Part shown: in pieces, positions 52,348 to 63,058 of the stretch
Layout: each line of letters opens with the position of its first letter
Position numbering within the stretch: the first letter of the stretch is position 1
Assembly (NCBI GenBank): GCA_963789955.1
Contig: CAWBMV010000006.1
Coordinates: forward strand, 256,001 to 320,000
Direction of reading: 5' to 3'
DNA: 64,000 bases
DNA from: an uncultured Candidatus Rokubacteria bacterium
GTDB lineage: Bacteria; Methylomirabilota; Methylomirabilia; Rokubacteriales; CSP1-6
Notes under the pieces: generated by a model
Told to the model about the DNA's origin: nothing
The model's database searches: none
What the model saw: the letters and a program-made list of their open reading frames with translations, nothing else
Program-made: the position numbers and the translations under genes

Positions 52348-52692
52348 ATGCGGAGAGCGCTCACGCTCCTGATTGCAGCACTTCTGGCCAGCGTCGTGGC
52401 GGTCGCGGGCACCGCGGTGGCGGCCGATGCGCCGCCGGAGATTGCGCTCACGATCGACAAGGACCAGTTCCAGCCCAGCGAGGTCAAGGTGAAGGCCAAC
52501 ACGCCGTTCGTGCTCGTCGTGACGAACAAAGGCGCCAAGGCGGCGGAGTTCGAGAGCAAGGACCTCCGCGTCGAGAAGGTCGTGCCGGCCGGCAAGACCG
52601 TCAACGTCCGGATCCGCGCCCTGAAGCCCGGCAGCTACGCGTTCTTTGACGACTTCAACAAGGCCGCGACCGGCCGGATCGTCGCCGAGTAG
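52348..52692 (+). CDS. Cupredoxin domain protein (EfeO N-domain/FtrB-like)
   Basis: Signal peptide; EFES..L.VEKVV, LKPGSY.FFDDF, G.IVAE. Confidence 0.85.
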   Translation: MRRALTLLIAALLASVVAVAGTAVAADAPPEIALTIDKDQFQPSEVKVKANTPFVLVVTNKGAKAAEFESKDLRVEKVVPAGKTVNVRIRALKPGSYAFFDDFNKAATGRIVAE

Positions 52693-52709
52693 CCTCCAGG
52701 CGCCGCCTC

Positions 52710-53564
52710 ATGGGTGGGACCTTCGTCATCACGCTTCGCGAGGGCTTCGAAGCCGCCCTCATCCTCGGCATCGTCTACACGTATCTGCAGAAGATCGGCG
52801 CTCAGCGCCACTATCGCTACGCCACCCGCGGGGGGGTGCTCGGCGTGCTCGCCAGCATCGCGCTCGGCGTGGTCGTCACCGCGTTGTCCGGGCCGCTCCT
52901 CGATCTGGGCCCCGACATCATCGGGCTCGCCGTGATCTTCGTGGCGGTCGTCGTCCTCACCTGGCACGGGTACTGGATGCGGCAGCACGCCCGGGCCATG
53001 AAGGGTGACGTCCAGCGGAAGATCGACGAGGCACAGACGAACCATCGCATGTGGATCATCGGCGTGATCGCGTTCACCGGCGTGTTTCGCGAAGGCGCCG
53101 AGACCGTGCTGTTCCTGTGGGGGCTCCTGACCCAGGCCACGTCCACGTCCGGATGGGCGAGCGCCCTCGGCGCCGTCCTCGGCCTGATCATGGCAGCCTC
53201 GCTCGGCTGGGCGATCTTCCGGGGCGGACGGCACGTCAGCCTGCAGCGGTTCTTCGGCGTGACGTCGATCTTTCTCCTGCTCCTGGCCGCCGGCATGTTC
53301 AGCACCGGTATCGGCCGGCTCGAGGTCATGGGGTTCCTGCCGGCGACACCGACCGCGTGGGACACCTCGTTCCTGCTCGACGATCACGGCTTCATCGGTG
53401 GATTCCTGAACGGGCTGATCGGCTACCGTTCGCGACCGTCGGTGCTCGAGGCCGGCAGCTACGTCCTCTATCTGGCCGTGGCGGGGTTCCTGCTGTTCCG
53501 CTCGGGCTCGTCGAGCCCTCGTTCGGACGCGCCGAAGGGACGTATTCCGGCTCACGCCGTCTGA
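52710..53564 (+). CDS. FTR1/EfeU/FtrC family iron permease
   Basis: Two REGxE motifs (LREGFEA, FREGAE); AWDTS.LL.D; LIGY..RP. Confidence 0.92.
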   Translation: MGGTFVITLREGFEAALILGIVYTYLQKIGAQRHYRYATRGGVLGVLASIALGVVVTALSGPLLDLGPDIIGLAVIFVAVVVLTWHGYWMRQHARAMKGDVQRKIDEAQTNHRMWIIGVIAFTGVFREGAETVLFLWGLLTQATSTSGWASALGAVLGLIMAASLGWAIFRGGRHVSLQRFFGVTSIFLLLLAAGMFSTGIGRLEVMGFLPATPTAWDTSFLLDDHGFIGGFLNGLIGYRSRPSVLEAGSYVLYLAVAGFLLFRSGSSSPRSDAPKGRIPAHAV

Positions 53565-53590
53565 CAGGCCGCGCCCCCAGGCACGCGGCT

Positions 53591-53618
53591 TTGACTTCGA
53601 GCGATCACGCGCTACCAT
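53591..53618 (+). promoter_or_regulatory. sigma70-type promoter of binding-protein paralog A
   Basis: TTGACT-16 bp-TACCAT. Confidence 0.45.
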
Positions 53619-53674
53619 CCTGCCGACTCCAGACCGAATCGAGGGACGACTTGAAGCCTCAGCGAGGAGGCAGC

Positions 53675-55302
53675 ATGGTGGCCCAGTCGATCGATCGTCG
53701 AGCATTTCTCACCGGAGCGGCGGCGACGGCCGCAGCCGTCGCGGCGGCGCCGCTCATCAAGCCTTCACGCGCCGTCGCCGCCGGCGAGCGGTTAGTCGTC
53801 GCTGTGGGGCAGTGGGGCATCGAGACGCCGTTCGCGTGGCGCTCCAGCCAGTCCGAGAAGACCCTGTGGGACTGCGTCTACGATCCGTTGATCATGCGCG
53901 ATCCCAAGACCTTCGAGTATCGTCCGGGGCTCGCCACCGAATGGAAGCCCTCGAACGAGCTGCAGGACGTGGACCTTCAAGCTGCGCTCGGGCGTGCAGT
54001 TCCACGAGGGCTTCGGCGAGATGACCGCCGAGGACGTCAAGTTCACCGTCGAGCAGAACCTCAAGCCCGACTCGCAGGGCGGGTCGGCGCCGTTCTTTCG
54101 CACCCATCTCGATCGCATCGAGACGCCAGACAAGCACACGGTGGTGATGCACTTCAAGAATCGGGTCTGGGAAGTGCCCTCGAACTTCACCCAGTTCGTC
54201 GGCTACCAGAACATCACCTCGAAGAAGTACATCGAGTCGGTGGGGGAGGACAAAGCCGCGCTGCACCCGATCGGCACCGGGCCGTTCCGCCACGTGGAAG
54301 GCAAGCAGGGCGACTACCATCGCTTCGAGGCGATCGCCAACCACTGGCGCAAGACGCCCGCCTTCAAGGAGCTCGTCATCCGGCGAATCCCGGACCCGGC
54401 GACGCGCCTGGCCGGGCTCCGATCGGGTGAGATCGACATCGGCAACGTGTTCGGCGACTACCTGGATCAAGCGAAGAAGGCGGGGCTTCGGATTCACGAG
54501 GCGCCGAACGCCGCCTGTCACTGGGTGGTCTGCAAGGTCAGACGACGCCGGACCGTGAAGACTACTGCCCGACGTGTCCGTGGGCGGGCGATCCCGAGTG
54601 ATCCCAAGAGCCTCGAGAACGCGCGCAAGGTGAGGCTGGCGCTGAACCTGGCGGTCAACAAGAAGACGATCATCAGCGCGCTCTGGAAAGGGCTGGGCTC
54701 GGACGCGCCGTTCATGTACTGGTACCTGCCCTTCCACAAGGGCTTCAAGACCGACTGGAAGGTCCCGCCGTACGATCCCGAGCGCGCCAAGAAGCTCCTG
54801 GCCGAAGCCGGACACGCCGGAGGCTTCGAGGTCCGCATGAATCCGCTGGTGATGACCTACGCCCTCGACGGCCCCGACATGGTCGAGGCGGTCGCGCTGG
54901 ACTGGGAGAAGGTCGGCATCAAGGTCCGGCGCGTGCCGGAAGCCTTCAGCAACTTCCTGCCGAAGAACCGCGCCCGCAAGACGAACAAGACCCACTGGGT
55001 CTACGGCTCGCCGCCGTTCGACGAGCCCGTGCCTCGGCTGGCAGCGAACGATCCACACGAAGGGCGCGTTCAATCTCCTCTGCGACGGTCCCTACGACGA
55101 AGACGTCGACACGATCTCGCGCGAGCTCGACGCCGAGAAGCGCGCGCGGCTGACCCAGGCGCTCGGCCAGAAGCTCTACGACGACTACCGCGGCGTGATG
55201 CTCGGGGTGCGGTCAATCACGTGGGCGGTGAGCAAGAAGGTCAACAGCTGGCAGACCCTGGTCTACGTGCCGCTCGAGAACAACTACGAATACGTGAGCT
55301 GA
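53675..55302 (+). CDS. Family 5 ABC substrate-binding protein, Tat signal (paralog A); several frameshifts
   Basis: DRRAFL; LRSGVQFHEG, PIGTGPF; ends PLENNYEYVS*. Confidence 0.87.
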
Positions 55303-55318
55303 TCGAAGAGGAGGGCGT

Positions 55319-56847
55319 ATGAGCCTGCGGAACATCGCTTCGCTCCTGACGGCCGTCCTGCTCGCGCTCGCCGTGAACACGGCCGGCGCCGCCCAGCCCG
55401 GCGAAGCGGTGATGGCGTGGCACGTCACGCTCTCGCCGACGTGGTTCGATCCGTCCACGGCCCCGCCGCAGATCACGCCGTTCGGGATGCTCTACGCCCT
55501 CCACGACGCGATGGTTCGGCCGCTGCCCGGCAGCAAGATGGCGCCGAGCCTCGCGGAGTCGTGGCGGGAGAGCCCCGATGGTCTCACCTACGAGTTCAAG
55601 CTTCGGCCCGGGCTCAAGTTCCACAACGGCGATCCGGTCACGACCGACGACGTGAAGTTCAGCTACGAGCGCTACCGGGGCGCGGGCGCGAAGGAGCTCC
55701 AGGCGCGCGTCAAGCAGGTCGACGTCGTCGATCCGCTCACGATCCGCTTTCAGCTCAAGGAGCCGTGGCCGGACTTCATGACCTTCTACGGCACGACCGC
55801 CACCGCGGCCGGCCTCGTCGTGCCCGAAGAAATACCTCACGCAGGTCGGCGACGACGCCTTTCGCAAGAGCCCGATCGGCGCCGGCCCGTACAAGTTCGT
55901 GAGCCACACGCCCGGCGTCGAGGTCGTGCTGGACGCGTATCCGGGCTACTGGCGGCACGCTCCGTACGTCAAGCGCCTGGTCATGAAGAGCGTCACCGAC
56001 GGGACCACCCGCGCGGCGATGCTGAGGACGGGCGAGGCGGACATCTCCTACGCCCTCGACGGCCCCGACGCCGAGAACGTGAAGCGCGACCCGCGCGTGC
56101 AGATCGTGGCCTCGCGGCACGCCTCGATCAACTGGCTCGAGTTCGCGGATCAGTGGGATCCGAAGTCGCCCTGGAGCGACCGGCGGCTGCGGCTGGCGGT
56201 CAACCACGCGATCAACCGCAAGGCGATCAACGACGCCGCTTGTCTCGGCTTCTGCCCGCCCGCGGGGGTCATCGTGCCGCGGGTGATGGAGTTCGCGCTC
56301 CAGGTCGAGCCGCCGGCCTTCGATCCGGCGAAGGCCAAACAGCTCCTGGCGGACGCCGGGTACCCGAACGGAATCGACGCGGGCGATCTCGTCCCGATCC
56401 CGCCGTTCTTCACGATGGGCGAGGCGGTCGTGAACTATCTCAACGCGGTCGGGATCCGCGTGACGATGCGCCAGATGGAGCGCGCAACCTTCTATACGGC
56501 CTGGCGCGAGCGGAAGCTCCGTCCGCTGTTCATCACGGGTGTCGGCAACTCGGGCAACGCCGCGAGCCGGGTGCAGGAGTTCATCTTCTCCAAGGGGACC
56601 TATGCCTACGGCGGCTACCCGGACATCGACGACCTGTTCGAGCAGCAGGCGCGGGAGCGCGACACCGCGCAGGCGCGAAGCGCTGCTCCACAAGATCCAG
56701 CAGCTCACGATCGACCGGGTGATGTTCGCGCCGATCATGGATTTTCGCGCGCTGATGGGCGTCGGGCCGCGCGTCGCGGAGCACACGATCACGTCGATCC
56801 ACAACTCGCCGTTTCCGTCCTACGAGGACATGCGCCTCAAGGACTAG
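55319..56847 (+). CDS. Family 5 ABC substrate-binding protein; two frameshifts
   Basis: Signal peptide; WFDPS, LRPGLKFHNGDP, PIGAGPYKF; ends YEDMRLKD*. Confidence 0.87.
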
Positions 56848-58860
56848 CGGGTCGTGGGCGAGCCCGGCCTCAGATCGTAGAGCCGCATGCCGTTTCTCCG
56901 GCCGCCGAGCGCGCTCGAGCGCCAGAGCGTCGGGTCGACGAGCCGCCCCTTCTCCTGCACCCACTCGGTGATCGGTCGCGCGGCCTCGTCGGCGCCGAGC
57001 CGCCGGCTGATGAGCTGCGCGTCGCCGACCATCACGAAGCGGACCTGCCGCGCCTCGACCATCCGGGCGAGCTTGTCGGGTGTCAGGATCGGATCCAGCC
57101 CATGAAAGCCGCCCATCGCCATCACCGAATGCCCGGAGCCGATGATGATCGGCGCCGCCAGGCGCGTCGTCGTGGTGGCGAGCAGATAGCGCTCTCCCGC
57201 GTGATTCGCCTCGAGGAACGCGACGAGCCCTGACGGATCGTACGGTTCGACCATGTCGGGGGCGCGCGGGTGGCTCGCCGGCGATCGGAAGCGATCCGGG
57301 CCAGATCGGCCGACGGGATCGAGCCGGCGCCGGGCACCAGCACGCTGCTCAGGGCCCAGGCGGCCGGGACCAGCAGCATCGCGACCAGTCCGATCGCCAC
57401 GGCGCCGGCCGCGATCACGCGAGGCCGCGGACCGAGCGGCCGCGAAGGATCGGGAAGCCGGGTGACGAGCATCACCAGGAGCACGCCCGGCCGAGACCAG
57501 CGCGCCGCCGATGAGGAACGCGTGGAGCGGATGGTACTCGCTGAGCGTCCATCCCAGGGCGCTCGCGTCGATGTAGACCTGCCACGCCGCCGTCAGAAGA
57601 ATCGACACGGGCAGGAGCACCGCGTACCGGGCGCCACGGAGCAACGATTCGCACAGGCTCACGAGGCCGATGCCGGCGAGCGCCGCGAGCGGCGGCGCCA
57701 TCGTGGCGAGATAGTAGAAGTGGAAGAAGCCTCCCGCATAGCTGTAGACCACGCCGTACGTGACGAGCCAGCCGGCCCACAGGAGCACCGCGAGGCGTGT
57801 CGGAGACGACCCCTCGCGAGCGCGATCCCGCGACGCGCCGAGCACCAGCCCGGCCAGCGCGAACGGCAAGAGCCAGCCGACCTGCCCGGCGAGCTGGCCG
57901 TCGGCGAGCCGCAGCGCTCCCGCCGGCGCCTGCACGAATAGTCGTGAGAAACCGCGGCGCGGTCCCGGCGCGGCCGCGCGGTCCGTCACCGCCGGCGGTC
58001 TGCGTCGCCGACGCGCCCCGGGACGCTCGCCGACGCGATCGACGCGCTCCTGAACTCGGCCGAGCGAATGAATCGGCCGATGCCGTAGGGGCCGACCGCG
58101 AGCTCGAGCATCGAGTTCTTGTTGGTCGTGCCGGCGTACGGGCGCCGATCCGGCGGCGTGAGATCGTAGGCCAGCACCCAGCTCGCCGACACCACGGCCA
58201 GCACGACGCCCGCGACGGCGAGGTCGACGATGCGGCGTCGCCATGTCAGCGGCGCGCCGACGAAGTAGACCAGCGCGAAGGTCGGCAGCACGACGAACGC
58301 GGCGAGCATCTTCACGTTGAACCCGACGACCGACCAGGCCCATGGCGAGCGCGAGGAGGAGCAGGCTGCCCTTCTCGACGGCGAGCGTGAGCGCCCACGC
58401 CGCCAGGAGCAGAACCAGCACGAGGCAGCTGTCGGTGTTGCTCGAGCGGTCGATCGCGACGCTCACCGGGGTGAGAGCCAGGAAGAGCGCCGCCAGCAAG
58501 CCGGCGGCGGCGCCGAATCGGCGCTGAACGAGGTGGTAGAGGAGCGCCACGGCGGCCGACGCCTTCCAGCGCCTGCGGCCCCAGCACGCTCAGCGCGTGA
58601 AAGCCGAAGAGCTTGACGCTCGCCACCTGGATCCAGAGCGCGACGGGCGGCTTGTCGACCGAGATGAAGCCGGCCGGATCGAACGAGTTGTAGAGGAAGT
58701 TGTGCCAGCTCAGGCTCATGCTGCGGACACCGGCCGTGTAGTACTCGTTGCCGAAGCCGTTCTGGCTCAGGCGCCAGAGCCGGAGCGCCGCCGCGGTCGT
58801 CAGAACGGCGAACAGTCCCAGCCCCAGCGGTGGTCGCCAGCTCGGCTTCGCGCGGTCCAT
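56844..58860 (-). CDS. GT-C membrane glycosyltransferase (ArnT/PMT family, YkcB/YycA-like); several frameshifts
   Basis: NEYYTAGVRSM..SW.NF, VDKPP, RSSNTD, KML.AF, YY...MAP, VMAMGGF.G.DP. Confidence 0.85.
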
Positions 58861-58902
58861 AGGCGGCACGAGGATACTAAGACGTCGCCTCGGTTGTCGC
58901 CG

Positions 58903-58931
58903 TTGACACGCCCGGCGGCCCCTCTTACCAT
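58903..58931 (+). promoter_or_regulatory. sigma70-type promoter of binding-protein paralog B
   Basis: TTGACA-17 bp-TACCAT. Confidence 0.55.
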
Positions 58932-58965
58932 CCGGCCACATTCGCTTTGCCGGAGGATGCCGACC

Positions 58966-60607
58966 ATGGCCCGATCTCTCAATCGCCGTGCGTTCTTGAA
59001 GCGCGCCGGTGCCGCGACGGCCGCCGTCATGGGCGCTCCGTTCATCTCGTCGACTCGCCCCGCCCGCGCCGCGGCCGGCGACCGCCTGGTCGTGGCCGTC
59101 GGGCAGTGGGGCACCGAGACGCCGTTCGCCTGGCGAACAGTTCAGGCCGAGAAGCCTCTCTGGGACTGCATCTACGATCCGCTCATCCAGCGGGACCCGA
59201 AGACGTTCGAGTACCGTCCCGGGCTCGCGACCGAATGGAAGCCGTCGAACGAGCTCAAGACGTGGACGTTCAAGCTGCGCTCCGGCGTGAAGTTCCACGA
59301 GGGGTGGGGCGATCTCACGCTCCGAGGACGTGAAGTTCACGGTCGAGCAGAACCTCAAGCCGGACGCGGGCGGCGGCTCGTCGCCGTTCTTCCGGATGCA
59401 GCTCGACCGCATCGAGACGCCCGACAAGCTCACGGTCGTCATGCACTTCAAGAACCGCGTCTGGGAAGTGCCCTCGCTGTTCACCCAGTTCGTCGGCTAC
59501 CAGAACATCGTCCCGAAGAAGTATCTGGAGACCGCCGGCGAGGAGAAGGCGGCGCTCCACCCGATCGGCACCGGACCGTATCACCACGTCGAGGGCCGCC
59601 AGGGTGACTTCCATCGTTTCGAGGCCGTCGCGAACCACTGGCGCAAGACGCCGGACTTCAAGGAGCTGGTCATTCGCCGGATTCCCGACCCGGCCACCCG
59701 GCTGACGGGCCTGCGCGCCGGCGAGATCGACATCGGGATCGTGTTCGGCGACTACCTCGACCAGGCGCACGAAGTCCGGGCTTCGCCTGCACGACGCGCG
59801 AACGCCGCGTGCTACTGGGTGATCCTGAGCGGCCAGACGACGTCCGACAAGGAGGACTATTGTCCGACGTGTCCCTGGGCCGGCGACCCGCAACGATCCG
59901 AAGAGCCGCGAGAACGCGCGCAAGGTCCGGCTGGCGATGAATCTCGCCGTCAACAAGAAGGCGATCATCAACGCGCTCTGGAAGGGCAAGGGCTCCGAGA
60001 CGCCGTTCTCGTACTACTACTATCCGTTCCACAAGGGCTACCGCACGGACTGGAAGATCCCGCCCTACGATCCGGAGCGCGCGAAGAAGCTCCTGGCCGA
60101 AGCCGGGACACGCCGGCGGCTTCGAGGTCCGCGTGAACCCGATGGTGATGGTCTACGCGCTCGACGGCCCGGACATCATGGAGGCGGTCGCGCTCGACTG
60201 GGAGAAGGTGGGGATCAAGCCCAAGCGCTTCCCGGAGATGACCAGCACGTTCGGGCCCAAGAGCCGCAACCGCAAGACGAACAAGACGCACTGGGTGTAC
60301 GGCTCGCCGCCGTTCGACGAGCCGGTCCTGGCCTGGAACCGGATCATCCACTCCAAGGGCGCGTTCAATCTCGTCGCCGAGGGACCGTTCGACGAGGACA
60401 TCGACACGATCATGAAGGAGTTCGACATCGCGCAAGCGCGCGAACCTCACGAGCGCGCTCGGCCAGAAGCTCTACGACGGCTACTACGGCGTGATGATCG
60501 GGATGAAGTCGATCACGTGGGCGATGACCAAGAAGGTCGGCGGCTGGCAGTCGCTCGCCTACGTACCGCTCGAGAACAACTACGAGTACGTGAGCCCGGC
60601 GAGCTAG
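58966..60607 (+). CDS. Family 5 ABC substrate-binding protein, Tat signal (paralog B); several frameshifts
   Basis: NRRAFLK; long near-identical stretches with 53675..55302; ends PLENNYEYVSPAS*. Confidence 0.87.
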
Positions 60608-60613
60608 ACCGTC

Positions 60614-61784
60614 TTGAAGCGGAGCACCGACCGCATTCTGACGACCCACGCGGGAAGCCTCCCGCGCCCGGGTGACCTGCTCGAGCTGATCCAGGCCAAG
60701 GCGACCGGCCGGCCCTACGATCAGGACGCCTTCGCCGCGCGGGTGAGACGAGCGGTCGAGGACATCGTGCGCAAGCAGGCCGAGCTCGGCGTCGACGTCG
60801 TCGACGACGGCGAGATGGGCAAGCCCGGCTTCATTCCGTACGTCAACGAGCGCCTGTCCGGGTTCGAGCCCGACCCGCAGGGCCGGATCAGCCCGTGGAG
60901 CGGCTCGCGCGAGGTGCAAGCCTTCCCCGAGTTCTACGAGTGGTTCGCGCGCGCGATGCCGAGCCCCGCCGTGCGGTCGCTGCACATGGTGTGCACCGGC
61001 CCGATCGTCTACACAGGGCACAAGCACGTCCAGGCCGACATCGAGAACCTCAAGGCCTCGCTGGGAGCGACGAACGCTCAGGAGGCGTTCATCCCGGCGA
61101 TCTCGCCGACCAGCATCGAGGACTGGCAGCGCAACGCCTACTACAAGACCGACGAGGAATACCTCGCCGCGATCGCGGAGGCGATGCACGAGGAGTACAA
61201 GGCGATCGTCGACGCCGGCTTCCTGGTGCAGATCGACGATCCGCATCTGGCGACCCACTACGTGTCGCGGCCGGATCTCAGTGTCGACCAGGTACGGCGC
61301 TGGGCGGAGGTGCGCGTGGAGGCGCTCAACCACGCGCTGCGCGGGCTGCCGCGCGACCGGATCCGCTGGCACACCTGCTACGGCATCAACATCGGCCCGC
61401 GCGTGCACGACCTCGAGCTGAAGCATTTCGTCGATGTGATGCTGAAGATCCGCGCCGGCGCCTACTCGTTCGAGGCCGCGAACCCGCGCCACGAGCACGA
61501 GTGGCGGGTGTGGGAGAACGTCGAAGCTCCCGGAAGGAGCCGTCTTGATTCCCGGCACGATCACGCAGTCGACCGTCCTCGTCGAGCACCCCGAGCTGGT
61601 GGCCGATCGCATCGGCCGATTCGCCCGCGCCGTCGGACGCGAGAACGTCATCGCCGGCGCCGACTGCGGCTTCGCGACCTTCGCCGGCTCGACCGAGATC
61701 CATCCGAGCGTGGTCTGGGCGAAGTTCGAGGCGCTCGTCGAAGGCGCGCGAATCGCGACCCGGCAGCTCTGGGGAAGGAGCTGA
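60614..61784 (+). CDS. Cobalamin-independent methionine synthase II family protein; frameshift near 61525
   Basis: THAGSLPR, DGEMGK, HTCYG, FEAANPRHEHE, DCGF. Confidence 0.88.
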
Positions 61785-61786
61785 CC

Positions 61787-62131
61787 ATGGCCGAGGCGCC
61801 CCGACCTCCGGCCGCGCTCCGGAGCGATGACATCGGCTGGCGTGCCCTGCCGACGCGTGGCGCGGCCGTCAAGGTCCTCCGCCACGACAAGGACACCGGC
61901 GGCTCCACGGCGCTCGTGCGATTCGACGCCGGCACGCGCTTTCCGGCTCACAACCACCCGGCCGGCGAGGAGATCTTCGTCGTCGAGGGCGACCTGCACG
62001 TGGGGCGCGAGCACCTGAAGGCCGGCGACTATCTCTACACGCCGCCCGACGTCAAGCACGCGGCCTCCAGCGAGGGCGGGTGCGTCTTCCTGGTCACTCT
62101 GCCGAAGCCGGTCGAGTTCCTCGAGGGCTGA
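61787..62131 (+). CDS. ChrR-like cupin domain protein
   Basis: GTRFPAHNHPAGEEIFVVEG, GDYLYTPP..KH. Confidence 0.85.
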   Translation: MAEAPRPPAALRSDDIGWRALPTRGAAVKVLRHDKDTGGSTALVRFDAGTRFPAHNHPAGEEIFVVEGDLHVGREHLKAGDYLYTPPDVKHAASSEGGCVFLVTLPKPVEFLEG

Positions 62132-62137
62132 GCCACG

Positions 62138-63058
62138 ATGCAGCGCTTCATCATCGGGCGCGTGATCCAGTCGATCGTGTCGATGTTCGTGGTGTCGATC
62201 GTGGTCTTCGCGCTCGTGCGCCTCTCCGGTGACCCGATCCAGATCATGATGCCGGCCGAGGCGTCGAAGGCGGACATCGAGCTCGTGCGCGCGCACCTCG
62301 GCCTGGATCGGCCGTGGACCGTGCAGTACTGGCGCTTCCTGACCCAGGCGCTCCAGGGGGATTTCGGCCGCTCCGTGCGCTTTCGCCGCCCGGCCCTCGA
62401 CCTGGTGGCCGAGCGCTACGGCGCCACCCTGGAGCTCGGCGGCCTGGCGGTGCTCATCGTGATCGGGCTCGCGCTGCCGGTCGGCGTCTACTCCGCCGTC
62501 CGGCGCGGCAGCGCGCTCGACTACGCCGCGCGGGCCTTCGCGGCGTTCGGCCAGGCGGTGCCGCCGTTCTGGCTCGGCTTGGTGCTCGTCCTCATCTTCG
62601 GCGTCATGCTCCATCTGCTGCCGACGTCCGGACGCGGCACGCCGCTGCACGTCCTCTTGCCCGGCATCACGCTCGGCTGGTTCGCGGTCGCCGGGCTCAT
62701 GCGGCTCACGCGCTCGTCGATGCTCGACGTGCTCGGCAGCGAGTACGTCAAGCTCGCGCGCATCAAAGGCCTGCCCGAGCGCCGGGTGATCTGGCGCCAC
62801 GCCTTCAAGAACGCGGCGCTGCCGGTGGTGACGTTCGCGGCTCTTCTGTTCGTGGCGCTGCTGAACGGCTCGATCATCGTGGAGACCGTGTTCGGCTGGC
62901 CCGGCCTCGGGCTCCTGGTGATCGAGGCGGTCGACTCGCGCGACTATCCGATCGTGCAGACCGTCGTGCTGTGCCTGTCCGCGATGTACATCGGCGTCAA
63001 TCTGCTGGTGGATATCCTCTACGCGTACCTGAACCCGAAGATCCGGTACTCGCGATGA
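62138..63058 (+). CDS. Peptide/nickel ABC permease (DppB-like)
   Basis: SGDP, GDFGRS, EYVKLARIKGL, VETVFGWPGLG. Confidence 0.92.
   Translation: MQRFIIGRVIQSIVSMFVVSIVVFALVRLSGDPIQIMMPAEASKADIELVRAHLGLDRPWTVQYWRFLTQALQGDFGRSVRFRRPALDLVAERYGATLELGGLAVLIVIGLALPVGVYSAVRRGSALDYAARAFAAFGQAVPPFWLGLVLVLIFGVMLHLLPTSGRGTPLHVLLPGITLGWFAVAGLMRLTRSSMLDVLGSEYVKLARIKGLPERRVIWRHAFKNAALPVVTFAALLFVALLNGSIIVETVFGWPGLGLLVIEAVDSRDYPIVQTVVLCLSAMYIGVNLLVDILYAYLNPKIRYSR

Noticed and set aside
60614..62131. MetE-II-cupin fusion (505 aa)
   Set aside because: Frameshift near 61525; the true MetE-II end is in ORF 61545..61784 and the cupin has its own AAGGAG RBS and ATG at 61787
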